Origin: Cyanobacteriota bacterium
Lineage (GTDB): Bacteria > Cyanobacteriota > Cyanobacteriia > Thermostichales > Thermostichaceae
Assembly (NCBI GenBank): GCA_033764955.1
Contig: JANRIL010000015.1
Span: 1-64,000, forward strand
DNA length: 64,000 bases
Reading direction: 5' to 3'
Position numbers and translations under genes: made by a program. Every line of letters begins with the position of its first letter. Position 1 is the first letter of the stretch. The notes beneath the pieces were generated by a model. It was not told where the DNA came from. It searched no databases and saw only the letters and a program-made list of their open reading frames with translations. Positions 9,941 through 18,668 of this stretch are shown here, in pieces.

Positions 9941-10019
9941 TTAGGCTTCAGATCGCCAGATCGCTGCCTGTATGTAGACTGGGGAATCTTTATAAGAAAA
10001 GACTTTCATTCTGCCATAA

Positions 10020-10031
10020 ATGTTGCAACAT
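10020..10031. promoter_or_regulatory. Perfect palindrome ATGTTGCAACAT, candidate antitoxin operator
   Basis: 12-bp palindrome about 45 bp upstream of the AbrB-type antitoxin start. Confidence 0.35.
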
Positions 10032-10075
10032 AGGGAACCATAAGGATCATACAGTCATTCACTTGGGAGGCAGTT

Positions 10076-10297
10076 ATGCTGCTAAGCGTTAAAAAACGAG
10101 GTAATTCACTAAGCCTCATTATTCCCAGGGAAATGGCGACTAGTATGAATGTTGACGATGGGGACACCCTTTTTGCGACGAAGACCCCTTCGGGCTATGA
10201 AATCTCAGCATACAACCCTAATTTTGTGAAAAAGATCGAAGCCGCTCGGCGAGGCATGAAGAAGTATCGGAATGCGTTGGTTGAGCTGGCTAAATGA
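10076..10297 (+). CDS. AbrB/MazE-type antitoxin (cassette 1)
   Basis: KRGNSLSLIIP..M...GDTL; KKYRNAL.ELAK C-terminus; overlaps the doc start. Confidence 0.88.
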   Translation: MLLSVKKRGNSLSLIIPREMATSMNVDDGDTLFATKTPSGYEISAYNPNFVKKIEAARRGMKKYRNALVELAK

Positions 10298-10725
10298 TGG
10301 AACCCTGTTGGTTAGACATTCATGATGTCTGTGCCATGCATGGTGAAATTATTGCAGAGTCAGGGGGTACCTCAGGCATACTAAATTCAGGCATACTAAA
10401 TAAGGGTGCTCTTGAGTCAGCTTTAAATAAGCCCATAAATTTCTATTACTATGGTGATGATGTTACTTTATACAAGCTGGCAGCAGCTTATGGCTATGGA
10501 CTTGTAAAAAATCATTGTTTTGTAGACGGTAAGAAGAGAATTGTTCTTATTGCCGTTTATACATTTTTATCAGTCAATGGAATTGAGCTTACAGCTTCAG
10601 AAGTTGATGCAGTCAAACTTTTTCTGTCTTTAGCTGCCAGTCTTGAAACACAAGATATCAGTATGGAGAAATTAGCATATTGGTTGCAAAATAATAGTGA
10701 ACTCCTCTCTAATGAACAAGAGTAG
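10294..10725 (+). CDS. doc: Fic/Doc family toxin (cassette 1)
   Basis: H..II..SGG..G, LESAL..P, LAAAY.YGL.KNHCFVDGKKR (Fic motif variant). Confidence 0.88.
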   Translation: MMEPCWLDIHDVCAMHGEIIAESGGTSGILNSGILNKGALESALNKPINFYYYGDDVTLYKLAAAYGYGLVKNHCFVDGKKRIVLIAVYTFLSVNGIELTASEVDAVKLFLSLAASLETQDISMEKLAYWLQNNSELLSNEQE

Positions 10726-10740
10726 TCCCCTCAGTGCAAA

Positions 10741-10827
10741 GTCTAACCAGGGTTTGCAGCAGACGGACTCAACACCCTGGTTATAACTCGAAAATGTTTA
10801 CTGCCGCTGAAACCCGAGCCGTTAGAC
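10741..10827 (+). other. attC site 1
   Basis: R'' GTCTAAC, arm GGGTTT(G)CAGC pairing with GCTGAAACCC, R' GTTAGAC; 87 bp. Confidence 0.85.
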
Positions 10828-10840
10828 CTCAATTCACGCT

Positions 10841-11656
10841 ATGACTGCGAAACCAAAATCTCTCGAGTCTTACCTCGTCAATGCAACGACGCACAAGACA
10901 TCGCTGAGCGCATATAAAGCTTGTCCGGCAGAGACGTTTCTCACCTACGTCTGCGATGCCTACGACTCCTATGCACATTGCCTCAAGAAGTTCACCAAGA
11001 AGGCGGATGGAACATATAACAAGGACAGCGAAGACAGCCTTCGCCACATCGCCTGCGCGATTCTTGGCACCACGATGGGTCACTTCGAGACCTATCAGCG
11101 CTTTCTCTTCTCGGGAGTTCTTGAACGCTCAACCAACTTCCCAGCATTTGACGTCGACAAGTTTCTCAAGCACTTTGACAAACACTGCGGCGGGGAAGTG
11201 TCGGTCTCGCCGGGCCGTCTCCTCGCCTTTCGTGAACTCGACGCGCCCGTTGGGTTCGTCTTCGCGGATTCACTTAGCGGTTGGCATAACCCAAGACGCG
11301 TGAATGCCTTCTTCAAGGCATTGGGCATAACTCAGGATGTCTTTTCGACCGCAGAAATTGGCGACTTAGAGGTGTTGTGGCAACTACGGCACTCCGTGGT
11401 TCATACGGGAGCATGGCTGACCGTGCCGGACGCAAAGAAGGTCAAGCGGCTATCTTCTTGGCAAGATAAGCCTATCGTCTTTGAATCAACATTCGTAAAT
11501 GCGATGTCTCGTCGCCTGCACAAATTAGTTAATGCAGCCAACACTCGAGTTCTTGCAGACTGCACAACACTTCTGGGGCCAGCACCGACTGCGGAGGTAT
11601 TACAAAGTCTGAGAGACTTTCTCACGGTCAAGTCACCAAAGGTCGTGTGGCTCTGA
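10841..11656 (+). CDS. Hypothetical protein with HEPN-like RxxxxH motif (cassette 2)
   Basis: 271 aa; LRHSVVHTG; starts 14 bp after R' of attC1; stop 1 bp before attC2. Confidence 0.75.
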   Translation: MTAKPKSLESYLVNATTHKTSLSAYKACPAETFLTYVCDAYDSYAHCLKKFTKKADGTYNKDSEDSLRHIACAILGTTMGHFETYQRFLFSGVLERSTNFPAFDVDKFLKHFDKHCGGEVSVSPGRLLAFRELDAPVGFVFADSLSGWHNPRRVNAFFKALGITQDVFSTAEIGDLEVLWQLRHSVVHTGAWLTVPDAKKVKRLSSWQDKPIVFESTFVNAMSRRLHKLVNAANTRVLADCTTLLGPAPTAEVLQSLRDFLTVKSPKVVWL

Positions 11657-11657
11657 G

Positions 11658-11729
11658 GTCTAACCATTCCATCGAGCGGATGCCCAACCGGCTTCGCCGG
11701 TCGGTCACCGCTCATGTCAAACGTTATAC
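11658..11729 (+). other. attC site 2 (canonical geometry)
   Basis: GTCTAAC-5bp-CAT(C)GAGC...CCGGCTTCGCCGG...GCTCATG-6bp-GTTATAC; 72 bp. Confidence 0.92.
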
Positions 11730-11865
11730 AGACTACCCTTTTGGTTGAGGCTTCGGTTTGTTCGCTGCAAGGGCACTTTATGAGTACATAGTTTATGATT
11801 GATGGGTGAAATGTGCCCAGTGAGATAAACTGAACTGTCAATAAAGGACAAGTGATAGTACAAGC

Positions 11866-13062
11866 ATGGAAAAATTAGATTTGCTCAACCAAGTCTTCTC
11901 GCCATCCTCTCCAATTCGATCAAAGGATCTGTTTTTAGGTCGCATTCAACAGTTGCAAGATGTAACAGATGCAATCCGTGAACCAGGTCAACACGCTGTT
12001 TTGTATGGGGAACGTGGTGTTGGCAAAACCTCTCTTGCCAACATTATGGACATCAGTTTTCAAAATGTGATGTCTGCCAAAATAACCTGCAATAGAAGGC
12101 AGAACTTTAAGGATGTATGGGAGGCAGCACTTAGCAAAATAAGATTTGAGTATAGTAGGCAAGGTATAGGTTTTCAAGCTGTTGAGAAAAAGCAAATTGT
12201 CCAATTGGATCTGTTTCTTCCTAACGATCTACAAGAGATTTCCTCTCAAGATGTTCAAAATGTGCTTGAAAAGGTTAATAACTATCTTTTATTTATTTTT
12301 GATGAGTTTGATAGCATTACTGATGACGAAACTAAGATTAGATTTGCAGACACAATTAAAGCACTTTCTGACAACGCCGCGAATGTGACAATATTGATAG
12401 TTGGTATTGCCGATAGCGTAAACGATTTGATTGGTGAGCATTCGTCTTTAGAGAGATGCTTAAAGCAAGTACAAATGCCCCGGATGTCGGATGATGAATT
12501 GAGATCAATTATCGATAAGGGGCTAGATCTCCTGAAAATGGCTATTGATGATGAAGTGGCTCACAAAATTGTAAGGTTGTCACTTGGGTTTCCCCACTTT
12601 ACTCATCTTTTGACGAAATATTCAGCTAAGGCTGCTATTGAAGTAGAAGAAGAAAGGATTGTAGAGGAACACTTTACAAAAGCAATTAATGATTGCATTG
12701 TGAATGTGAATCAAACGGTTCGAGATGCATATCAAAAAGCAACTATTACCTCTAAGGGGGAATCAAAATTTGAAGATGTGATTGGTGCATGTGCGCTTGC
12801 ACGAGTTGATGAATACGAGACATTTGCTACCAACGATTTGATAGAGCCTTTTTATCTAGTAACTGATGAAAGAGTCTCTAGAGAATCGCTGACTTACTAC
12901 TTAGGCAGGCTGTGTAGTGATGAGAGAAATCATCTTCTAGAAAAAGTAGGAACTTCAAAAAATATTAGATATAGATTTAAATATCCCTTAATGAAGTCCT
13001 ATGTGAGGCTCAAGCTAACGCAAAAAGGTAAGTTAGATGGCGAAACTCTAAAGTTGATGTAA
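11866..13062 (+). CDS. AAA+/STAND-like (Orc1/Cdc6-like) ATPase (cassette 3)
   Basis: F.GR..QL, Walker A GERGVGKTS, Walker B FIFDEFD, GFPHFTHLL, wHTH-like C-terminus YRFKYPLM. Confidence 0.88.
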   Translation: MEKLDLLNQVFSPSSPIRSKDLFLGRIQQLQDVTDAIREPGQHAVLYGERGVGKTSLANIMDISFQNVMSAKITCNRRQNFKDVWEAALSKIRFEYSRQGIGFQAVEKKQIVQLDLFLPNDLQEISSQDVQNVLEKVNNYLLFIFDEFDSITDDETKIRFADTIKALSDNAANVTILIVGIADSVNDLIGEHSSLERCLKQVQMPRMSDDELRSIIDKGLDLLKMAIDDEVAHKIVRLSLGFPHFTHLLTKYSAKAAIEVEEERIVEEHFTKAINDCIVNVNQTVRDAYQKATITSKGESKFEDVIGACALARVDEYETFATNDLIEPFYLVTDERVSRESLTYYLGRLCSDERNHLLEKVGTSKNIRYRFKYPLMKSYVRLKLTQKGKLDGETLKLM

Positions 13063-13070
13063 GCACGTCT

Positions 13071-13157
13071 GTATAACAATTCGGGTGCAGCGGATTGACT
13101 GAAGTCGCTTGGGTTGGATGCAAAGATCCCGGCAACCGCTGACCCGAACCGTTATGC
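13071..13157 (+). other. attC site 3
   Basis: GTATAAC, TTCGGGT(G)CAGCGG pairing with CCGCTGACCCGAA, GTTATGC; 87 bp. Confidence 0.88.
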
Positions 13158-13220
13158 CAAATTTTCAACATCAAGATTTTATTTTTGTTAAAATTTCAGG
13201 GTTCTTCACATTCAATAAAT

Positions 13221-13640
13221 ATGGGATCACCAGCAACTTTTCTTCTATTTAACGGCTCAGTGGTCTTGCTTGTCGGACTACTGTGTGGCGCTCCTTATGG
13301 AATCGCAATTGTCAAGAAGAAAAGTGAAGAAGTCATTAGGGCATGGAAATTAGCTCATGGAGCATTGTCTCTCGGTGCAACCACAATGATTGCTATGGCG
13401 AGCGGATTTAGTATCCTTAAATCTAATGAAAACACCTTGTGGGGAATTGCTATTTCCTATATTGTCTCAGGATATGGATTCTGCTTTGCTTTAACTTTAG
13501 AACCATTTACCGGAGATAGGGGTTTATCTTGGACAGGAACATCACTCAATAAGATGGTATATGTCGGCAATATTTTAGGAGCAGTTAGTTCTCTTATTGG
13601 AACTTTAATATTGGTTTGCGCTTCATATAACTCTATGTAA
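13221..13640 (+). CDS. Small 4-TM membrane protein (cassette 4)
   Basis: Four hydrophobic segments, GLL.G.P..RAW.LAH; start at ATG 13221. Confidence 0.75.
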   Translation: MGSPATFLLFNGSVVLLVGLLCGAPYGIAIVKKKSEEVIRAWKLAHGALSLGATTMIAMASGFSILKSNENTLWGIAISYIVSGYGFCFALTLEPFTGDRGLSWTGTSLNKMVYVGNILGAVSSLIGTLILVCASYNSM

Positions 13641-13645
13641 AAGAA

Positions 13646-13731
13646 GCATGACAAATCAGTGAACCTGATCATATGCTAAAGTGTTCCTGTCATCCAAAGT
13701 CAATGACGGCGAGTGAGTTCAACTGTTGTAC
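13646..13731 (+). other. Degenerate attC site 4
   Basis: GCATGAC (one mismatch to the complement of GTTATGC) 5 bp after the stop; GTTGTAC 86 bp later; inner arms poorly paired. Confidence 0.55.
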
Positions 13732-13858
13732 TGCTTTGGTTGAAGGTGTTAGCAGTTTTGAGAGTTGGTCGGCTGAAAATAAAAAGTGCAAAAGTGCAAA
13801 ATATAAAACGACAACCTACAATCAAAATAGGATCTAAGTTCAAACGAGATTTTTGTCA

Positions 13859-14071
13859 ATGCCGGAGCGGTTAGAAGAACGGGTAGCCCATTTAGAAGCC
13901 GAGGTTGCACAGCTTAAAAATAAAGTAGAAAATGATTTGCCTTCCAGACCTTGGTGGGAGAAAATTGCTGGGACATTTTCTGCCAATCCAGCTTATGATG
14001 AGGCGATGCGATTGGGGAGCGAGTATCGTAACTCTCTCCGCCCAAGTTCCACAGAGCCATCTGAAAAGTAG
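13859..14071 (+). CDS. Putative antitoxin (cassette 5)
   Basis: LEERVAHLEAEVAQLK..PWWEKIAGTF..NPAYDEAMRLG.EYR, directly upstream of a vapC-like frame. Confidence 0.8.
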   Translation: MPERLEERVAHLEAEVAQLKNKVENDLPSRPWWEKIAGTFSANPAYDEAMRLGSEYRNSLRPSSTEPSEK

Positions 14072-14491
14072 ATCTATATTCTCGATACGGATCACCTCAG
14101 CGTTATAGATCGTGGAGGAGCCAATGCACAACGTCTATTGCAAAGACTAGCAAGCATTAATCCTACTCAAGTAGCAACGAGTATCATTAGCTATGAAGAG
14201 CAAATGCGAGGTTGGTTGAGTTACGCAGCTAAAGTTCAGACTATTGAAAAATAGGTTAAAGCTTACAAGGAACTAAAGCGACAATTAACTAATTACTGCA
14301 CAATTCCAATTATCGATTTTGATGAGCAATCAGCCCAAGAATTTCAATGTCTCAAGAAGTTGTATCCACAACTTGCCACAATGGACTTAAAAATCTCCTC
14401 AATTGCGCTGGTGAATCAGGCAGTTCTATTGACTCGGAACAGTTGTGATTTTGGACGCAGCATAGGTTTACCCGTTGAAGATTGGATGTGA
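14072..14491 (+). pseudogene. vapC: VapC/PIN toxin pseudogene (cassette 5)
   Basis: Frame reads IYILDTDHLS..EEQMRGW..K*VKAY..MDLKISSIAL..LLTRN..DF..GL.VEDW; TAG at 14252-14254; first codon is ATC, not ATG. Confidence 0.85.
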
Positions 14492-14513
14492 AAATTTTAA
14501 ATTCTCGACAGCA

Positions 14514-14602
14514 GTACAACAACGCTGTTGCAGGAGACGGAATGAAGCCTCTAGTGTGGATGCAAAAATCAAATACCGCCGCTGAAACCCAAGCCGTTGG
14601 CT
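14514..14602 (+). other. attC site 5
   Basis: GTACAAC...CGCCGCTGAAACCCAAGCC-GTTGGCT; sequence-related to attC1 and attC3; 89 bp. Confidence 0.8.
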
Positions 14603-14649
14603 TCCTGGGCTAGGATCCTCAAGAGACTGGTTGGCATGACCCAAAGCTT

Positions 14650-16365
14650 ATGTTAGAACACGACATTGTCATTGTGGGAGGAGGGTTAGCGGGCTGTCGA
14701 GCCGCTCTGGAGGCCAAACGACGGGATCCCCGACTCAACCTAGCCCTTGTAGCCAAAACTCACCCGATCCGCAGCCATTCCGTCGCGGCGCAGGGGGGAA
14801 TTGCAGCAGCCTTACAAAATGTTGATCCTGAGGATAGCTGGATAGCCCATGCTTTTGATACGGTCAAAGGCTCTGACTATCTGGCGGATCAAGATGCTGT
14901 CGAGATTCTCACCCGCGAGGCTCCACAGGTAATCATTGACCTGGAACATCTGGGAGTGCTGTTTTCCCGCTCAGGGGATGGGCGGATCGATCAACGGGCT
15001 TTTGGTGGACACAGCCACAAACGCACTTGTTATGCCGCTGATAAGACAGGTCACGCTATTCTGCATGAACTGGTGAATAATCTGCGCCGTGTTGGGGTTC
15101 AACTCTACTCGGAGTGGTATGTCATTGAAATCATTCTGGAGGACAACGAAGCCAAAGGGCTGGTCATGCTGGAACTCCCCACCGGACGGCTGGAAGTGGT
15201 GCGCGCCAAGGCGATTTTGCTAGCTACTGGAGGGTACGGGCGGGTCTATAACACCACCTCCAACGACTATGCTTCCACAGGGGACGGACTGGCGATGGTG
15301 GCACGGGCGGGTTTGCCCCTGCAAGATATGGAATTTGTTCAGTTTCATCCAACCGGGCTATACCCCGTCGGTGTCTTGATCTCAGAGGCGGTGCGGGGCG
15401 AGGGAGCTTATCTGATTAACCAGCAGGGGGAGCGCTTTATGGCCACCTATGCCCCCAGTCGCATGGAATTAGCCCCCCGCGATATTACGTCCCGCGCGAT
15501 TGTCAGCGAAGTACGAGCGGGGCGAGGCATTCAGGGCAAGGATTATGTCTATCTGGATCTGCGGCACATGGGCTATGACAAGATCCACAGCAAAGTGCCG
15601 TTTGCCTGGGAAGAAGCTCACCTGCATCTGGGCATTGATGCGGTGGTTGAACCCATTCCGGTGCGACCCACAGTGCATTACTGCATGGGTGGGATCCCGG
15701 TGACGGTGGATTGCCAGGTGTTGCGCTCAGCCGAACAAAGGGTAGAAGGCTTATTTGCGGCTGGGGAAACCGCCTGCGTGTCGGTGCATGGCGCGAATCG
15801 CTTGGGCAGTAATTCGTTGTTGGAATGTGTAGTCTATGGGCGACGGGCGGGAGCCAAGTTGGCGGACTATGTTCAGGATCGTACTCTACCCAGCCTGCTA
15901 GAAGCCCAGTACCAAGAGAGGGTACAAAGCCGCCTCCGTGATCTACTGGAACGCACAGGCGATCTACGCATTGACCAGATTCGCCGCCGCTTTCAAGACA
16001 GCATGACCGATCATTGTGGGGTCTATCGCACTCAGGAGGTGATGCAAGCCGGCATCCAAACCTTGCAAACCATCCAGCAGGACTATCAGCAGCGTTTGCG
16101 CTTGGATGATCGCGGCCAGATCTGGAATACAGAATTGACGGAAGCCCTGGAGTTGCAGAACCTACTGTTGGTGGGACAGATCATTTTGGCTAGCGCCCTA
16201 GGTCGGCAAGAAAGTCGAGGATCCCATGCCCGCGAAGATTATCCACAGCGAGATGATCAAACCTTTTTGCGTCACACTCTAGCCGCTATGGAAGAGGGAT
16301 CCGTAACCCTTCGTGATCGCCCCGTGGTGATCCAGCAGTTTCAACCCCAAGAACGCAAATACTAA
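14650..16365 (+). CDS. sdhA: Succinate dehydrogenase/fumarate reductase flavoprotein subunit
   Basis: [33 protein letters not shown]. Confidence 0.95.
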   Translation: MLEHDIVIVGGGLAGCRAALEAKRRDPRLNLALVAKTHPIRSHSVAAQGGIAAALQNVDPEDSWIAHAFDTVKGSDYLADQDAVEILTREAPQVIIDLEHLGVLFSRSGDGRIDQRAFGGHSHKRTCYAADKTGHAILHELVNNLRRVGVQLYSEWYVIEIILEDNEAKGLVMLELPTGRLEVVRAKAILLATGGYGRVYNTTSNDYASTGDGLAMVARAGLPLQDMEFVQFHPTGLYPVGVLISEAVRGEGAYLINQQGERFMATYAPSRMELAPRDITSRAIVSEVRAGRGIQGKDYVYLDLRHMGYDKIHSKVPFAWEEAHLHLGIDAVVEPIPVRPTVHYCMGGIPVTVDCQVLRSAEQRVEGLFAAGETACVSVHGANRLGSNSLLECVVYGRRAGAKLADYVQDRTLPSLLEAQYQERVQSRLRDLLERTGDLRIDQIRRRFQDSMTDHCGVYRTQEVMQAGIQTLQTIQQDYQQRLRLDDRGQIWNTELTEALELQNLLLVGQIILASALGRQESRGSHAREDYPQRDDQTFLRHTLAAMEEGSVTLRDRPVVIQQFQPQERKY

Positions 16366-16526
16366 AATCTATCAAAATAGAAATCAACAAATAGAAATCT
16401 GAGTTGGCGTGCTAATGGATTCGGACATAGACAAAGATACTAGCTTTTGGTCTGTACTACATTCAAAGAATAAAAAGGCTCTATCTGCTTTTTTATGCAG
16501 GCGATGCCAGTGTCATTGAATGAGGT

Positions 16527-17306
16527 TTAACATTCCGCCGCCAACCCAGACAACCCCCAGTCAGTGAGCATGGCAAAAGATTGTCGATCACTGAGATCCG
16601 GCTGGAGAGGTGTAATGGTTACAAACTGCTCCAATAGGGCTTGAATGTCCGAATTGGGGGTAACTTCTTCATCCACCGCTTCCCCTGCCAGCCAGTAGTA
16701 AGTTTTCCCCCGTGGATCCAACCGTTTTTCATAGATATCCCGATATTTACGGATGCCCAAAGGGACAAGCACCATGCCTCGCCGCTCCTCAGGTGTTCCT
16801 GCCGGAATATTCACATTGAGCAAAGTTAGATTGGATAACGGATCTGCCTGAAGTTTTTGCAAAAGTTGCTGAACAACGGTGGCCGCCGAGGAGAAATCAG
16901 GAGAGGCAGAACTCGCCAAACTCACTGCCATACTAGGGATCCCTTCCAAGTAGCCTTCCATAGCGGCTGAGACCGTACCAGAATAAAGGACATCTGTTCC
17001 CAGGTTAGAGCCATGATTGATCCCGGATACCACCCAGTCGGGGCGTTCGCTCATCAACCCATCCAAACCCAACTTGACGCAATCGGAAGGGGTTCCCGAA
17101 CAGGCCCAAGCCCGAATGGAGGGAGCATAGCCCTCACTCACAGGATCCGCCCGTAGGGGCTTGTGTAACGTCAAGGCATGTCCGGTGGCGGAACGTTCCC
17201 GATCGGGACAAACCACCGTTACCTGGTGGGAAACCGCTAACGTATTGGCTAGGGTTCTGACACCTGTGGCAAAGATGCCATCATCATTGCTAATTAAAAT
17301 CTTCAT
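16527..17306 (-). CDS. surE: 5'/3'-nucleotidase SurE
   Basis: MKILISNDDG, GTPSDCV, SGINHGSN, YSGTVSAA. Confidence 0.95.
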   Translation of the reverse strand: MKILISNDDGIFATGVRTLANTLAVSHQVTVVCPDRERSATGHALTLHKPLRADPVSEGYAPSIRAWACSGTPSDCVKLGLDGLMSERPDWVVSGINHGSNLGTDVLYSGTVSAAMEGYLEGIPSMAVSLASSASPDFSSAATVVQQLLQKLQADPLSNLTLLNVNIPAGTPEERRGMVLVPLGIRKYRDIYEKRLDPRGKTYYWLAGEAVDEEVTPNSDIQALLEQFVTITPLQPDLSDRQSFAMLTDWGLSGLAAEC

Positions 17307-17428
17307 CGGGAAGCCGCTCATACCCTCACACCTCCCCACATGATAAACCTCAGCCGGAGGGGCAGATTGAAGCCAACCGATGGGGAATGTTAAGTTAGCT
17401 CCTATCTTTGTCTTTCGGTGAGACTTTT

Positions 17429-18625
17429 ATGGCTTTCTCTCTCCGGTTTTTTCTGAGGATGCGCTCCCTCCTAGCCGCCACTGGCCTGATGGTGCTCCTG
17501 ATGGGGTTCATGCCCTCGGCAGAAGCCGCTCGCCAAGCGCCCATTACCCGATTAGGTCGCAACGAGGGATCCGTCTCGATCGTGGCTTGGGCGGGCTATA
17601 TCGAACGGGGAGAAACGGATCCCGCCTATGACTGGGTGACGGATTTTGAGGCCAAAACCGGATGTCAGGTGACGGTGAAAACCGCCGCGACTTCTGATGA
17701 AATGGTGGCGCTGATGAATGAAGGAGGGTTTGATCTCGTAACAGCTTCCGGCGATGCCACCCTGCGGCTGATTCAAGGGGGGCGGGTGCAGCCCATCAAT
17801 CCGGCGCTGATTCCCCGTTGGTCAACCCTTGATCCGCGCCTGCAAGATGCCCCTTGGCATACGGTGGGTGGCAAGCACTACGGCGTTCCCTACCAATGGG
17901 GATCCAATGTGCTGATGTATAACACCCAGGTTTTTAAGCAGCCGCCGGATAGCTGGGCTGCCGTCTTTACCGAAAGCAAGCTCACCGATGGCAAATCCAA
18001 CAAAGGGCGCGTGCAAGCCTATGACGGCCCGATCTACATTGCCGATGCCGCTCTTTATTTGAAAGCTCACCAGCCGGAACTGGACATTAGGGATCCCTAT
18101 GAACTGAACCGCCAACAGTTTGAAGCCGCCCTTAGCCTGCTGCGACAACAGCGCCGGATCATCGGTCGCTATTGGCATGACGCCGCCGTACAGGTGGATG
18201 ATTTTGTCAATGAAGGAGTGGTTGCTTCCGGATCCTGGCCTTTTCAGGTCAACTTGCTGCAATCTCAAGGGATGCCTGTTGCCAGCGTGATTCCGCAGGA
18301 GGGAGCCACCGGATGGGCGGATACCACCATGCTGAGTGCAACGGCAGCCCATCCCAACTGTGCCTATCAGTGGTTAGACCATTCTCTCGACCCGAAGGTG
18401 CAGGGGGATTTAGCCGCTTGGTTTGGGTCTGTTCCGGTGGTTCCGGCGGCTTGTCAAGATAATGCGCTGCTGGGATCCGAGGGCTGTCACACCAATGGCT
18501 TGGATAACTTTGACAAGATTTCCTTCTGGAAAACTCCGGTGGCGGATTGTGGGGATGGGCGGCTGGAGTGTGTGCCCTATTACGAGTGGGTGACCAACTA
18601 TATCGCGGTGATTGGAGGACGCTAG
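17429..18625 (+). CDS. Polyamine-type ABC transporter substrate-binding protein (YdcS-like)
   Basis: IVAWAGYIERGETD..YDWVT.FE..TGC, EGATGWADT. Confidence 0.88.
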   Translation: MAFSLRFFLRMRSLLAATGLMVLLMGFMPSAEAARQAPITRLGRNEGSVSIVAWAGYIERGETDPAYDWVTDFEAKTGCQVTVKTAATSDEMVALMNEGGFDLVTASGDATLRLIQGGRVQPINPALIPRWSTLDPRLQDAPWHTVGGKHYGVPYQWGSNVLMYNTQVFKQPPDSWAAVFTESKLTDGKSNKGRVQAYDGPIYIADAALYLKAHQPELDIRDPYELNRQQFEAALSLLRQQRRIIGRYWHDAAVQVDDFVNEGVVASGSWPFQVNLLQSQGMPVASVIPQEGATGWADTTMLSATAAHPNCAYQWLDHSLDPKVQGDLAAWFGSVPVVPAACQDNALLGSEGCHTNGLDNFDKISFWKTPVADCGDGRLECVPYYEWVTNYIAVIGGR

Positions 18626-18668
18626 TTTTCGCACTCAAAGGGATCTATAAACTTATGGCGGAAAAATT

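Larger units (their letters stand above)
9940..14602 (+). mobile_element. Integron gene-cassette array lacking an adjacent integrase (CALIN-like), 5 cassettes
   Basis: Five attC-like sites directly downstream of co-oriented genes; the first and last 7-mers of each cassette are complementary or nearly so; no GGGATCCC seen inside. Confidence 0.88.

Noticed and set aside
9925..9946. Canonical attI site
   Set aside because: GGCTAA lies too close to the GTT for attI1-like geometry, and there is no adjacent intI
9900..14650. CRISPR array or prophage as the explanation for the island
   Set aside because: The repeats are long, imperfect and separated by whole genes; there are no cas or phage structural genes
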